DNA of 64,000 nt from Antedon mediterranea (lineage: Eukaryota > Animalia > Echinodermata): assembly GCF_964355755.1 (NCBI RefSeq), contig NC_092676.1:377788-441787 (forward strand), read 5' to 3'. Below, in pieces: positions 13,301 through 24,030 of this stretch. A program made the position numbers and the translations under genes. The notes beneath the pieces are model-generated. The model was not told the DNA's origin. It was given only the letters and a program-made list of their open reading frames with translations, and did no database searches. How positions within the stretch are numbered: the first letter of the stretch is position 1; each line of letters starts with the position of its first letter.

Positions 13301-16300
13301 ATTGTCATACTACCCAATACAGTATTTAAATGAATATTGTCATACTACCCAATACAGTATGTAAATGAATATTGTCATACTACCCAATACAGTATTTAAA
13401 TTAATGAATATTGTCATACTACCCAATACAGTATTTAAATGAATATTGTCATACTACCCAATACAGTATTTAAATGAATATTGTCATACTACCCAATACA
13501 GTATTTAAATTAATGAATATTGTCATACTACCCAATACAGTATTTAAATGAATATTGTCATACTACCCAATACAGTATTTAAATTAATGAATATTGTCAT
13601 ACTACCCAATACAGTATTTAAATGAATATTGTCATACTACCCAATACAGTATTTAAATTAATGAATATTGTCATACTACCCAATACAGTATTTAAATGAA
13701 TATTGTCATACTACCCAATACAGTATTTAAATTAATTTAAGTGTACTACAGCATTCATACATTCTTGTAATAATATACCAGTAATATTGTATTAACTCTA
13801 ACTCTAACTTCATTTCTTTTATCACAGGTGGGCCTTAAAGCAGGAAAAGATTGAGAACCTAGGCCAATGGAAACATTCAACTGTTCAAAATCCACAATGG
13901 AACAAACTAGCTTACTCCTGGCCAGTCACAGAAGAGGGAACATGGAACGAAGAATTTGATTGGCCAATGGAAGCATTCCTTATTCCATTTGCTCCACCAA
14001 TCAAAGTGCGGAAAAATGAGAAGGGAGACATGAAAGCAGGTTCGTAATTATTCTCATTTATCATTGATATTATGTTTGTATAAGAATGTTTACTGTTGAT
14101 ATTTAATCTTATCTATCACAATAAACTTTTAATCAAGGAAAGAGAACTTTTTCACAGCCTAATATGTTATTGAGTCTCTGCTACATACCTTTGCAGTATA
14201 TTGTAATTTTGCACTAATTATTATTTTTTTCTTATAATGGATTTCTAATTTCATTTTAGGTGCATTAAGATTGCGTGTTCTTAAGAATGGCGAGAAAGAT
14301 GAAAACAAAGCAAGCTATGTGGTTGGCCCTGATCTGAGCAATGTAAGAATTGTATTTTCACTTTATCAAATAAAATGATATAGCATATATCTTCTAAATG
14401 CTCATTCAGGCAATACCTTTAATTGTGAGAAAAAAATATGACCAACACCAAAATTGAACCCAGAATCAGCAATGCATAAGCAAGAACTTAGCTACTGTGT
14501 CACAATAAAATGTTTAGCCATTTTTAGATAGTTACTTTCTTTTATATGTTGTCCCTTAGATGATGAGGGATCTAAATAAGTCTGGAACGATGAGTAAAAA
14601 ATCAAGACGACATTCCAAATCTTACGACAGGCGAAGTGCTGGTGAAGACGGGGATCACGCCGACAATGAACAACGTCAACATTCTGAGGATGATAAGATG
14701 ATGCAGATGGAATTTCAGCTGGTAAGTCTTGTAGTTTTTGCCACAAAGTGTAAACTAAACATGTTTTACATAAGGAAAATAAACTCTGAAGCATATTAAA
14801 TTTCGCCATTGTTTTTAAAATAATAGGAATTGTCTTATAAATAAAAAGTAATACAATTATAAATTTCATCTTTTTTCATAGATTTTGGATCGCTGTACAT
14901 CTTCACTAAATCTACCATTTGCTGGCCGTCGAATATTTGACAGTAGTGGCAAGGAGTTCAAGACTTTGGTTGGTCTTGAAAGAGATCAGCTGGTGTACAT
15001 CTCATGTGGAGAGTCATGGAATGATCCTAGTACCTCCGCTCAGGATCAACAAAGAAGGATGTTGCTGGCAACACTCTCAGCAGATATTGAACAAATGCAG
15101 GAGTTCCTCTCACTTAGAGACACATTAGGTGTGTTCTTTTTGGTAGTTTAAGTTTGTTCTTAATTATTAAGATCAGCTAACAAGGATGTTTCTGGTGATG
15201 CTCAGATACATTAATTCTGGTATTTGATGTGATACCATGATATAATAATGCTAAATAATCAACTGAGAATAAATTTATAATTTGTTTGTAGATTATGTTC
15301 TTGAGAAGGATCGTAACAGTCAAAGATTGTTAATAAATAAATGCTGTATGACAGAAGAAGAGAAAGAGAAAATGATACGAGGACCGACACCAGAACCAAG
15401 TGAAGAAAGTGCAGGAGAAGAGGATGACTCCATAACAAAGATGAGGTATGCATTTATTCTTTGTTTTCTTAAATCCGTTTCTCTGCAAGTTCAAATCATA
15501 ATTTGCTTTCATAACTTCACTGGTTTCCTGTTAAAGAGCATATACAGTACATGATTATAACCTTTTCCTACAAGTGTCTTTATGGCAGCACTGCTCCCCA
15601 TTATCTTAACAAACTTATTAAAACATACAGTATGTCCCACTACACAGAGGTCTTCGTTCTGAACGGATGCTCTTATGTTAACACCACCTAAAACCAACCT
15701 TAAATCCGTGCTTCTTTGCTCAGGCACCAGAGATCTGGTAGCAACTTCCTCGTTCCATCCGTTACACTCCATCCCCTATTCAATTCATATATCCTAAAAA
15801 CTCACCTGGTAAAGAGCGCTTTATAAATCTTCAATATTATATAATGATTGTGCCTTCATTATTTTTTTTGTAAAAATAATTCTTTTAGTTCCCATCAGCG
15901 TTCACATGCGAATTCTGAGCAGCGTTTAGAAGGTTTGAAATGGCCGTGGGAACGCGTGTTGAATGCCAGTCTGGATGAGGTTACAGAAGCCAATCAGGAC
16001 CACTCACACGAGACAGAACCTTTCACAAAATCAAAGTAAGTCTTAATTAAGAATAATTTTCTTTTGTAATCCTAACACACCAGTGGGGTTTTTATTCAGT
16101 TGCCATTAATAATTCATTATTTGAAGAAAGAAACAGTTACATCAATATACCATATATAACTGTGTATAATCCTGTGTTCGACTATTATCCCACTTAATAA
16201 TTTAGGCAAAATTCAAACAAAATTACTTTGGTAAATCCATTGTTAATGAAGCCCAAGTATAATCCCACCTCAATATATTTGCCAGACTTGGTACCCAGGT

Positions 16301-19300
16301 GATATTTGGTGATATATGGCTTGGTTCAACCATATATTTGCCAGACTTGGTACCCAGGTGATATTTGGTGATATATGGCTTGGTTCAACCATATATTTGC
16401 CAGACTTGGTACCCAGGTGATATTTGGTGATATATGGCTTGGTTCAACCATATATTTGCCAGACTTGGTACCCAGGTGATATTTGGTGATATATGGCTTG
16501 GTTCAACCATATACAGTATTTGCCAGACTTGGTACCCAGGTGATATTTGGTGATATATGGCTTGGTTCAAATAAAGAATTTAAACTTGGTTTCATCATCT
16601 ATTATCTTTTTAATGCTCTTCTATTGTATTGATAAACATATTTGTTAGACAAGTATACAGTGTTTTCTTTCATATATATCTTGTCAGATCCAAAAGGAGA
16701 TTAAATACATCTCCTCGATACAAACACCGTGGTCCTGCAGGAGCTCACAGCCAGCAGTTCATATTCATTGATGGCTTTATCACGCTGAAGTCATCACCAT
16801 ACCTTGTGGTTGGTATATCAAACCCAGAGTTGGAAGAAAAGTCAGAGGTGGCGCTTTGTAAGAAGACAGAGGATGATCCGTCATTAAGATGGGAATTTAC
16901 TGAAGATGGGTAAGTACCATACTTAAATGTTTTGCTATTACTTATACAGAGGAGGGTGTGTGGTATAAATTACTGAAGATGGGTAAGTACCATACTTAAA
17001 TGCAGGGTCTGTGGTGTAACCCCTGACAATATCATCTTAAATTATATTCATTCAGAGTTAATTGTTTTTTCTTACCCTACTAAATTGGCAAATATGTTTT
17101 GTTAACTGAATTTTCTTTATTTGAAAGGTACATCCAATCCAAGGTTAACGAAGATCTTGTCCTTGCTGTCTCAATGCCCAATTTCACTGGAACAGCCATG
17201 GAGGGCGCATATTGTGGTCAGTCGGTTGTAATTCAACGCAAACAGAATTTAGAGAATGGTGGAGCCAATCAGAAGTGGATGTTTGAGAAGGAGTTTGGGT
17301 TTATGTATGCATTTCATGCTGAACCACTTGATAGAGGTAGGTATTCAATTTTGAGCAACTTGACAGCTAAGTAGATTTTGTGTCTAAAACAACGATGGAA
17401 TACCATGAATAGCTTTCACGTTTAGGAATTGGTAGAGGTACTAATTCACCAACCAATGTTTTTCCAAATGTATTGATAACCATTGTAATCTGCCCCTAAG
17501 TATACTTAGATCAATAAAGGTCCCAAGTATCGGGCCCATCCATCAACGATGTAATTTAGCATTCCAGTTTTTAATTTCATACAATTTTATTGGTTTTATT
17601 TTCAAAGAAATAATGGCAGCAAATAAGGCTGGCGTTTGTACTTATGCAGTAGTTGGTGAGAATCAAGTCCAGCAAAATGTAAGACATTTATTTTTATTGA
17701 AACTATATAAATATATCTAATTTTACCACTGAAATTCAATGTATTTTATTTCAATTCAATTTTTAATTTGTATTTGTAGGGGTATGACGTAGTTGAAACT
17801 AAAGTAGATGGAGATATCAAAGTTTGTGTAGCATGCGCAAGAGCTATGAGAGGCAATTACAAACTAAAAAAACAAGAACATTCAACACCTTTCATATGTG
17901 CTGTTGGTATAGCTCCTAAGATAGGACTTAAACTTATAGGTAGCTTTCAGTGTCTTAGTGGCAAGGTAAGAACATTCAACACCTTTCATATGTGCTGTTG
18001 GTATAGCTCCTAAGATAGGACTTAAACTGATTGGTAGCTTTCAGTGTCTTAGTGGCAAGGTAAGAACATTCAACACCTTTCATATGTGCTGTTGGTATAG
18101 CTCCTAAGATAGGACTTAAACTGATTGGTAGCTTTCAGTGTCTTAGTGGCAAGGTAAGAACATTCAACACCTTTCATATGTGCTGTTGGTATAGCTCCTA
18201 AGATAGGACTTAAACTGATTGGTAGCTTTCAGTGTCTTAGTGGCAAGGTAAGAACATGCAACACCTTTCATATGTGCTGTTGGTATAGCTCCTAAGATAG
18301 GACTTAAACTTATAGGTAGCTTTCAGTGTCTTAGTGGCAAGGTAAGAACATTCAACACCTTTCATATGTGCTGTTGGTATAGCTCCTAAGATAGGACTTA
18401 AACTGATTGGTAGCTTTCAGTGTCTTAGTGGCAAGGTAAAAACATTCAACACCTTTCATATGTGCTGTTGGTATAGCTCCTAAGATAGGACTTAAACTGA
18501 TTGGTAGCTTTCAGTGTCTTAGTGGCAAGGTAAGAACATTCAACACCTTTCATATGTGCGTTTGGTATAGCTCCTAAGATAGGACTTAAACTGATTGGTA
18601 GCTTTCAGTGTCTTAGTGGCAAGGTAAGAACATTCAACACCTTTCATATGTGCTGTTGGTATAGCTCCTAAGATAGGACTTAAACTGATTGGTAGCTTTC
18701 AGTGTCTTAGTGGCAAGGTAAGAACATTCAACACCTTTCATATGTGAGCTCCTAAGATAGGACTTAAACTGATTGGTAGCTTTCAGTGTCTTAGTGGCAA
18801 GGTAAGAACATTCAACACCTTTCATATGTGAGCTCCTAAGATAGGGCTTAAACTCAGTGCCGGCCTTAGAGGGAAGGTAAGAACAGATGTTTTGCAATTT
18901 TAAATTAATGATTTTATTAGATAAATATTCTTTTTTACTTGGGTTTATTTAGGTGATATACTGGATATACTAAGGTCTCCTACATTCAGATCAAATTAAT
19001 CTTAACTTGTGATCATTAAATTACTGGTTGATTTTATCCAGAATTTGTCCAAACCATTTATGATATCAAAATAAATACATGTTCTTTCTAGGTTGATTTA
19101 TCAAGTTTTGAAGCGGAAAATACAGTGATTCAATATGAAAAGGAATTAAAAAGATTGAAACAAATGTCAAGTGCTCGTCTGATTGCACGGGAAATATCTG
19201 CATATCAACCGATCCAATCAGTACGAGTTTTGGCGTACAAGAATGGAGATGGACGCAGTAATAACCCTGTTGTTGTCATTGGAAGCACCATCAGAGGGGT

Positions 19301-22300
19301 AAGATTTATTTTCCTGTGTAAAAGGTTTACTATTCCTTTATTTGCTTTCAAAGTGAGTTACAATTGTGTAATATTTGTAAACATTTGCACAGATCTTAAA
19401 ATTTGCATCGTCCATGTACATGGCTGTAGTATGTGGAAATAAATTGAATAAATTAGTGGTTTGTGATTATGTTTATCATTTTTATCATTGTTGTTTTACA
19501 AAGAAGGTTATTAGTAGTAAAATCTGATGTCATTATGTATGGTTGGTTTTCTACATTGATTTATTCAGATCCTTGATCAAAGCACATACCAGCTTCAACT
19601 GACATCAGCAGCACGCCGTTTGTATTCCCAAGACGGCACACTTTTACTCTCAATCCCAGACATGATCAAGTACAACTTGGTTCAACAAGGCTTAGAAAAC
19701 CTTGATATTACTACACACCAAGGTAAATCTGTCTGGCCTAGCTTATCCTTAAGAGACACTCATTCACCAATGTTGGGTGTTTAGGTTAATACCAGAAAAA
19801 AAACATCTGTTACTTAAATTTACATTCAGTGAACTAAAGGATGTCATCCTATTAGGATATCCGGTGTTTGTAGAAAATGATTTCACTTAAGAAATTATCA
19901 ATTCTTAAAATACTTTGTATCTAAAATGAACACCAGGTTTATGTCTAATGATTCTATTGAAATTCCTATAATTCTAAGAAATATTTAACCATGAATAATA
20001 TCTTTTGTCCACAATTTCAAAACAATTTATAAATAGTAATTTTTGAAAATCAATGACATTTCAGATAGAAACAGAAAATCATCACACTCGAGAACAACTA
20101 GCGCAGATTCAAAGGTTGCTATGGCGATGAGGAAGCCTATAGAAGTGTGGGTATCGTGTGGAGAGCCATTTTTTAGTCCTGGATGTGAGTTGATACTTAA
20201 TTACATACTCAGCAGTCCAGTTATACAAAGCATAGAACACATTATATAATACACACATATGTACATATTTCCAATGTCATTGTTTCTTTTTTCTGTTCTT
20301 CTTTAAAAATAAATTGTTTGAATTTAATTATGCTTTGTGAAATTAATCAATATAATGATTTTATTAGGTTATGATTATCGGCGAAGTTTATATGCCCAAC
20401 AGAGGGAGGAGAGAGCAGAAATTAGTTTAGAACTGGATAAAGAAAAACATATTTTAAGACAAATGCAAGGTAGGTTGAAGTGTACTGTATCAATTAAAAT
20501 AATGTAGTAAAAACATACCGTATCTACCATACCCGATGTAAAGCTCTGTCTACACTATCAAACTTATGTGACAAAAAAATGTGATGTGCCCATATATGGA
20601 CATGAAGATGTCTTATCACTCAGGGATATCACCACGGTGATCGGCGATAGTCAGCTCTGTCCACCACTCAGAATTTCTGGCCACCACTTTCATGATGCCA
20701 ACCACCACTATATTTATGTATGTAGATTGTAGCATATTGTTCGTATCACTACCATATTTGGGCATATCACACTTTTTGGTCGAACTAGTTTGATTGTGTA
20801 GACAGAGCTTTAGATAAGTAAAAAGTTCATTAGTAAGTACAGTAAACAACTAATTTAAGACTCTTCTTATTTGTGTAGGGCGTCGCACAGCTCATTTAGA
20901 TGGTCCAGACTTCAAAGGTACAATGAGCCCAGAGCACCCAGTTGCACTACAAGGTGGATGGACACAGCCTTCAACAAGCGAGATACACAAATCTGTACAA
21001 GTTCATCAGTTAGAAGTAAGTAGGGTACTTCAACCACTTAGTCTCACAGCAGCAATGCATTGTGAGGAGAATCTATACTTTACTTAAAATTTGAATATGG
21101 TACAGGCCCAAAACTATACTCAATGAAAACAAGAAACTTTCCCAAAACAGACAGTTCTGAAGATCTCAAATTCTTGTTTCCATTAAAAAACACATTCAGA
21201 ATACCACTATTTCTTGATACCAGACATACTATGACAGGCAAACGGTTGTATGACAATAACAATTATAATTTGTATTACAGAATCATTTGACAGAAATGAA
21301 AGCACATCAGAAGTTTAAGCAAACAACTAAGTCCATCATTAACCCAAACAAGACACTGTATAAACAACCAAATGTGGTAAGTTTTAATTTTAATAATACT
21401 CTAGCGGCAATTGTGCTCTTGATATTATATATCATTATCATACTTTTTATTTATTGCTTTCACTGAATAACTTAATAATATAAAAGATACAATAAATTAA
21501 AAAAGCAACTTTATAAAATATATAGCTTCATCTGTAAACTTTTACTACATAAGCAAAATCAAAATAAGTATTTATTTTGTGAATGAGGTATGCATCTTTA
21601 ATAATTTCTTAAGCCCTGACAAAGGAAAATTGTTTCTGAAGGCTTAATATTTCTCTCTCTCTATTCCTTAAACCACTGTCAGTTACCCACAGTATTGCTG
21701 TTTTGTTGTCTCAATGCGCTTAATTGTATTATATTTTATTTAGAAACGAGTGTCAGTTTATCGAAACGGTGACAATCCTGAAAGAGCAACGTACATTCGC
21801 GTTCACAGCATGGCCAACTTACTACAGGATGCTAGTGGACGGTTGTCACTGCACATGCCTGCAAAACGTGTCTTCACAGTGTCTGGACAAACAATTGAAG
21901 ACTTTGACAATATAGAACGAGACCAGGTTGTGTGCGTGTCGTCGGGGGAGTCGTTCAAGAACAATAAAGGTAAAAATATGTCAGAAAGGAAATAGGATTA
22001 ACATGGTGGTGACTTAAGATTGCTAACTTTACCCTTCAACTTTGACCTTTAGTGAATGAACTTTTAAAGTATAGTAAAAAAAATTTTTATCTTGTAATGA
22101 ATTTTCAATTTTTATAGCTGGTTTTAAATTTAACATTCTGTATAACAATTGTGTTACTAATAATAATAAAATAAAATTTAAACATTTGTTTCATGGCACA
22201 AACATTTTGAAATGAAATTGATTTTTATAATTATCTATGTGAAATTATTTCAAGTAAAAAACCAACAATCCAACCTTTGTGCATATATAAGTGTTCATGA

Positions 22301-22802
22301 TAGTGTTCATAGCTGCAACTTTATCTTTCGATTTCATGGTAAATAGATTAAACTGCAACATTTTTTAGAAAAGAATGTTATTTCATTTTGCATCTGTTTC
22401 ATGCTGAAAAAAAAATGTTTTTTTAGAACGTAACAAAAAAGATGTAGTTAAAATGTTTATTTTTGTTTTTAGCTGGAAGCAGACAACAAGTTGAGATGAA
22501 AGCTACTTGGTCAAGAACTCGTAAACGTGACGGGGAACAAGCGACACAGATCATGGTAACGTCAACCACACATCCAGCTGTTCAGGTTTGTAGACATTCT
22601 CAGTTTTCAAATTCAAATAAACATTTACTTTTTCAATAGTAAATAAATTAGTTGTCAAGAAAAAGGTTTATATATATAATAATTGTGATTGTTATTTATT
22701 TTTCTCTCTCTCTGATTTCCCCTTAAGGTGGATCCATTTGGGCCTCCATCGTTGGCCTTACCTGTAACAAGTTCTATCAGCACCGAACCATATAACCAAT
22801 GA
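1369..22802 (+). CDS. DCDC1: Doublecortin domain-containing protein 1-like (multiple DCX domains plus ricin-B/beta-trefoil QxW motifs), 38 coding exons
   Basis: Phase-consistent GT-AG exons: 1369-1502, 2923-3180, 3822-3984, 4446-4608, 4951-5056, 7896-7995, 8177-8270, 8438-8536, 8729-8889, 9173-9262, 9556-9642, 9952-10053, 10169-10340, 10741-10855, 11065-11215, 11576-11683, 11913-12040, 12574-12634, 12901-13133, 13828-14039, 14260-14342, 14560-14721, 14882-15128, 15292-15445, 15889-16035, 16688-16909, 17128-17336, 17608-17678, 17780-17965, 19092-19298, 19569-19722, 20065-20184, 20368-20469, 20879-21015, 21281-21376, 21744-21969, 22473-22585, 22728-22802 (TGA). Repeated DCX signatures (AYKNG...LEECTLKLGLLSAARKVFLADG...VYISCGEQF; VYRNGD...AKRVFTVSG...VCVSSGESF) and ricin-type QQW/NQKW/QRW motifs match the DCDC1 architecture. 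Confidence 0.9.
1590..1755. mobile_element. Tc1/mariner-type MITE (family A), TA target duplication
   Basis: TA|CAGTCAACTCTCCCAATAC ... GTATTGGGAGAGTTGACTG|TA terminal inverted repeats; related copies at 9303-9478 and 42308-42607. Confidence 0.85.
2181..2230 (-). mobile_element. Degenerate tRNA-derived SINE head
   Basis: Reverse complement GGTGGTTAATATGCTTGTCTGCCAATCTCAAGGTCTAGGGTTCAATTCTG has A-box/B-box-like tRNA features; similar to 41772-41820 on the + strand. Confidence 0.45.
5072..5167. mobile_element. Partial MITE (family B, TIR AAGCTCTGTCTACACTATCAAAC)
   Basis: Right half and TIR (TTTGATAGTGTAGACAGAGCTT-TA) shared with copies at about 8911, 11286, 20541, 52121 and 63339. Confidence 0.75.
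5205..7825. repeat. 69-bp minisatellite, about 38 near-identical copies, in a DCDC1 intron
   Basis: Unit ATGGTGGTGTAGATAAAGGTTATCAGATGGAGGGTGTTGTTGAGAGGAAAGAAGTGATGTAGAGAGAAT; period 69 (5205, 5274, ...). Confidence 0.97.
8911..9021. mobile_element. MITE family B copy (internally deleted)
   Basis: AAGCTCTGTCTACACTATCAAAC ... TTTGATAGTGTAGACA inverted ends. Confidence 0.75.
9303..9478. mobile_element. MITE family A copy
   Basis: TA|CAGTCAACTCTCCCAATA start; internal GGCCAGCCCAAAGGTGTCC shared with 1590-1755; degenerate right TIR ending GACTG|TA. Confidence 0.75.
11286..11473. mobile_element. MITE family B copy interrupted by an unrelated, LINE-3'-end-like piece
   Basis: AAGCTCTGTCTACAC left end; unrelated segment about 11301-11387 ending GGGATGAATAAAGTTTCCTTGTATCCTTGTATCC; right half ending GTGTAGACAGGGCCTTA. 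Confidence 0.65.
12123..12290 (-). mobile_element. 3' end remnant of an L2/CR1-group LINE with (TAA)n tail
   Basis: Minus strand reads QIKHCSSVALFKKLLKTHFF, then a short UTR with CGCTTTATAAAT and a (TAA)n tail, typical of L2-clade 3' termini. Confidence 0.65.
13256..13734. repeat. 35/39-bp minisatellite, about 13 copies
   Basis: Unit ATGAATATTGTCATACTACCCAATACAGTATTTAA with or without ATTA. Confidence 0.95.
15555..15842 (+). mobile_element. Degraded L2-type LINE ORF2 C-terminus remnant
   Basis: Frameshifted translation ITFSYKCLYGSTAPHYLNKLIKTY...LRS...LTPPKTNLKS...QAPEIW fits the L2/CR1 ORF2 terminal motif; ends AGAGCGCTTTATAAAT followed by an AT-rich tail. Confidence 0.6.
16273..16570. repeat. 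59-bp minisatellite, 5 copies
   Basis: Unit ATATATTTGCCAGACTTGGTACCCAGGTGATATTTGGTGATATATGGCTTGGTTCAACC. Confidence 0.95.
17874..18885 (+). repeat. 94-bp tandem repeat of a DCDC1 exon 3' end including its splice donor (10 copies plus a divergent terminal copy)
   Basis: Period 94 (17874, 17968, 18062, ...); each unit ends GGCAAG|GT; the last two units have a 10-bp deletion; divergent GGGAAG|GTAAG at 18876. Confidence 0.95.
20541..20810. mobile_element. MITE family B with a nested 123-bp insert
   Basis: TA-AAGCTCTGTCTACACTATCAAAC ... GTGTAGACAGAGCTT-TA; insert 20621-20743 starts CAGGG and is flanked by the direct repeat TATCACT (20614-20620, 20744-20750). Confidence 0.8.
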
Positions 22803-22997
22803 AATACTGACCCTGCTGCTAGACCACCTACACCATTAGGATCCCATGAAGATTCATCTCCTACAACAATTCCACTGCTTTTTACAATGAGCCTTCCTAC
22901 ACCAACAACAGGAACTAGTTGTGAAGAATCCTCTCCATCAGCAACACCACAACTTTCAGAGCCAAGTTTTGAAGAACACTCTCCTATGCCACCAGAT

Positions 22998-24030
22998 GAG
23001 GAATCCCCTGCTACACCAGCAACACCACTGTTATCAAGAACTTATGAGGAATCCCCTGCTACACCAGCAACACCACTGTTATCAAGAACTTATGAGGAAT
23101 CCCCTGCTACACCAGCAACACCACTGCTATCAAGAACTTATGAGGAATCCCCTGCTACACCAGCAACACCACTGCTATCAAGAACGTATGAGGAATCCCC
23201 TGCTACACCAACAACACCACTGTTATCAAGAACTTATGAGGAATCCCCTGCTACACCAGCAACAACACTGTTATCGGGACCTTTTGAGGAATCCCCTGCT
23301 ACACCAGCAACACCACTGTTATCAAGAACTTATGAGGAATCCCCTGCTACACCAGCAAAACCACTGTTATCAAGACCTTATGAGGAATCCCCTGCTACAC
23401 CAGCAACACCACTGCTATCAAGAACTTATGAGGAATCCCCTGCTACACCAGCAACACCACTGCTATCAAGAACTTATGAGGAATCCCCTGCTACACCAGC
23501 AACACCACTGTTATCAAGAACTTATGAGGAATCCCCTGCTACACCAGCAACACCACTGCTATCAAGAACTTATGAGGAATCTCCTGCTACACCAGCAACA
23601 CCACTGTTATCAAGAACTTATGAGGAATCCCCTGCTACACCAGCAACACCACTGTTATCGAGACCTTTTGAGGAATCCCCTGCTACACCAGCAACACCGC
23701 CGTTATCAAGAACTTATGAGGAATCCCCTGCTACACCAGCAACACCACTGTTATCAAGAACTTATGAGGAATCCCCTGCTACACCAGCAACACCACTGTT
23801 ATCGGGACCTTTTGAGGAATCCCCTGCTACACCAGCAACACCAGCAACACCACTGTTATCAAGAACTTATGAGGAATCCCCTGCTACACCAGCAACACCA
23901 CTGCTATCAAGAACTTATGAGGAATCCCCTGCTACACCAGCAACACCACTGTTATCAAGAACTTATGAGGAATCCCCTGCTACACCAGCAACACCACTGT
24001 TATCAAGACCTTATGAGGAGTCCCCTGCAG
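22998..24030 (+). repeat. 48-bp coding-like tandem repeat (EESPATPATPLLSRTY), 21 copies plus a partial, downstream of the DCDC1 stop
   Basis: Period 48; open in two frames; one in-frame 9-bp duplication; part of ORF 22887-24170, which is in frame with the last DCDC1 exon. Confidence 0.95.

Noticed and set aside
16950-16982. 33-nt pseudo-exon between the duplicated donors
   Set aside because: The upstream intron would be only 40 nt and the exon has an in-frame TAA.
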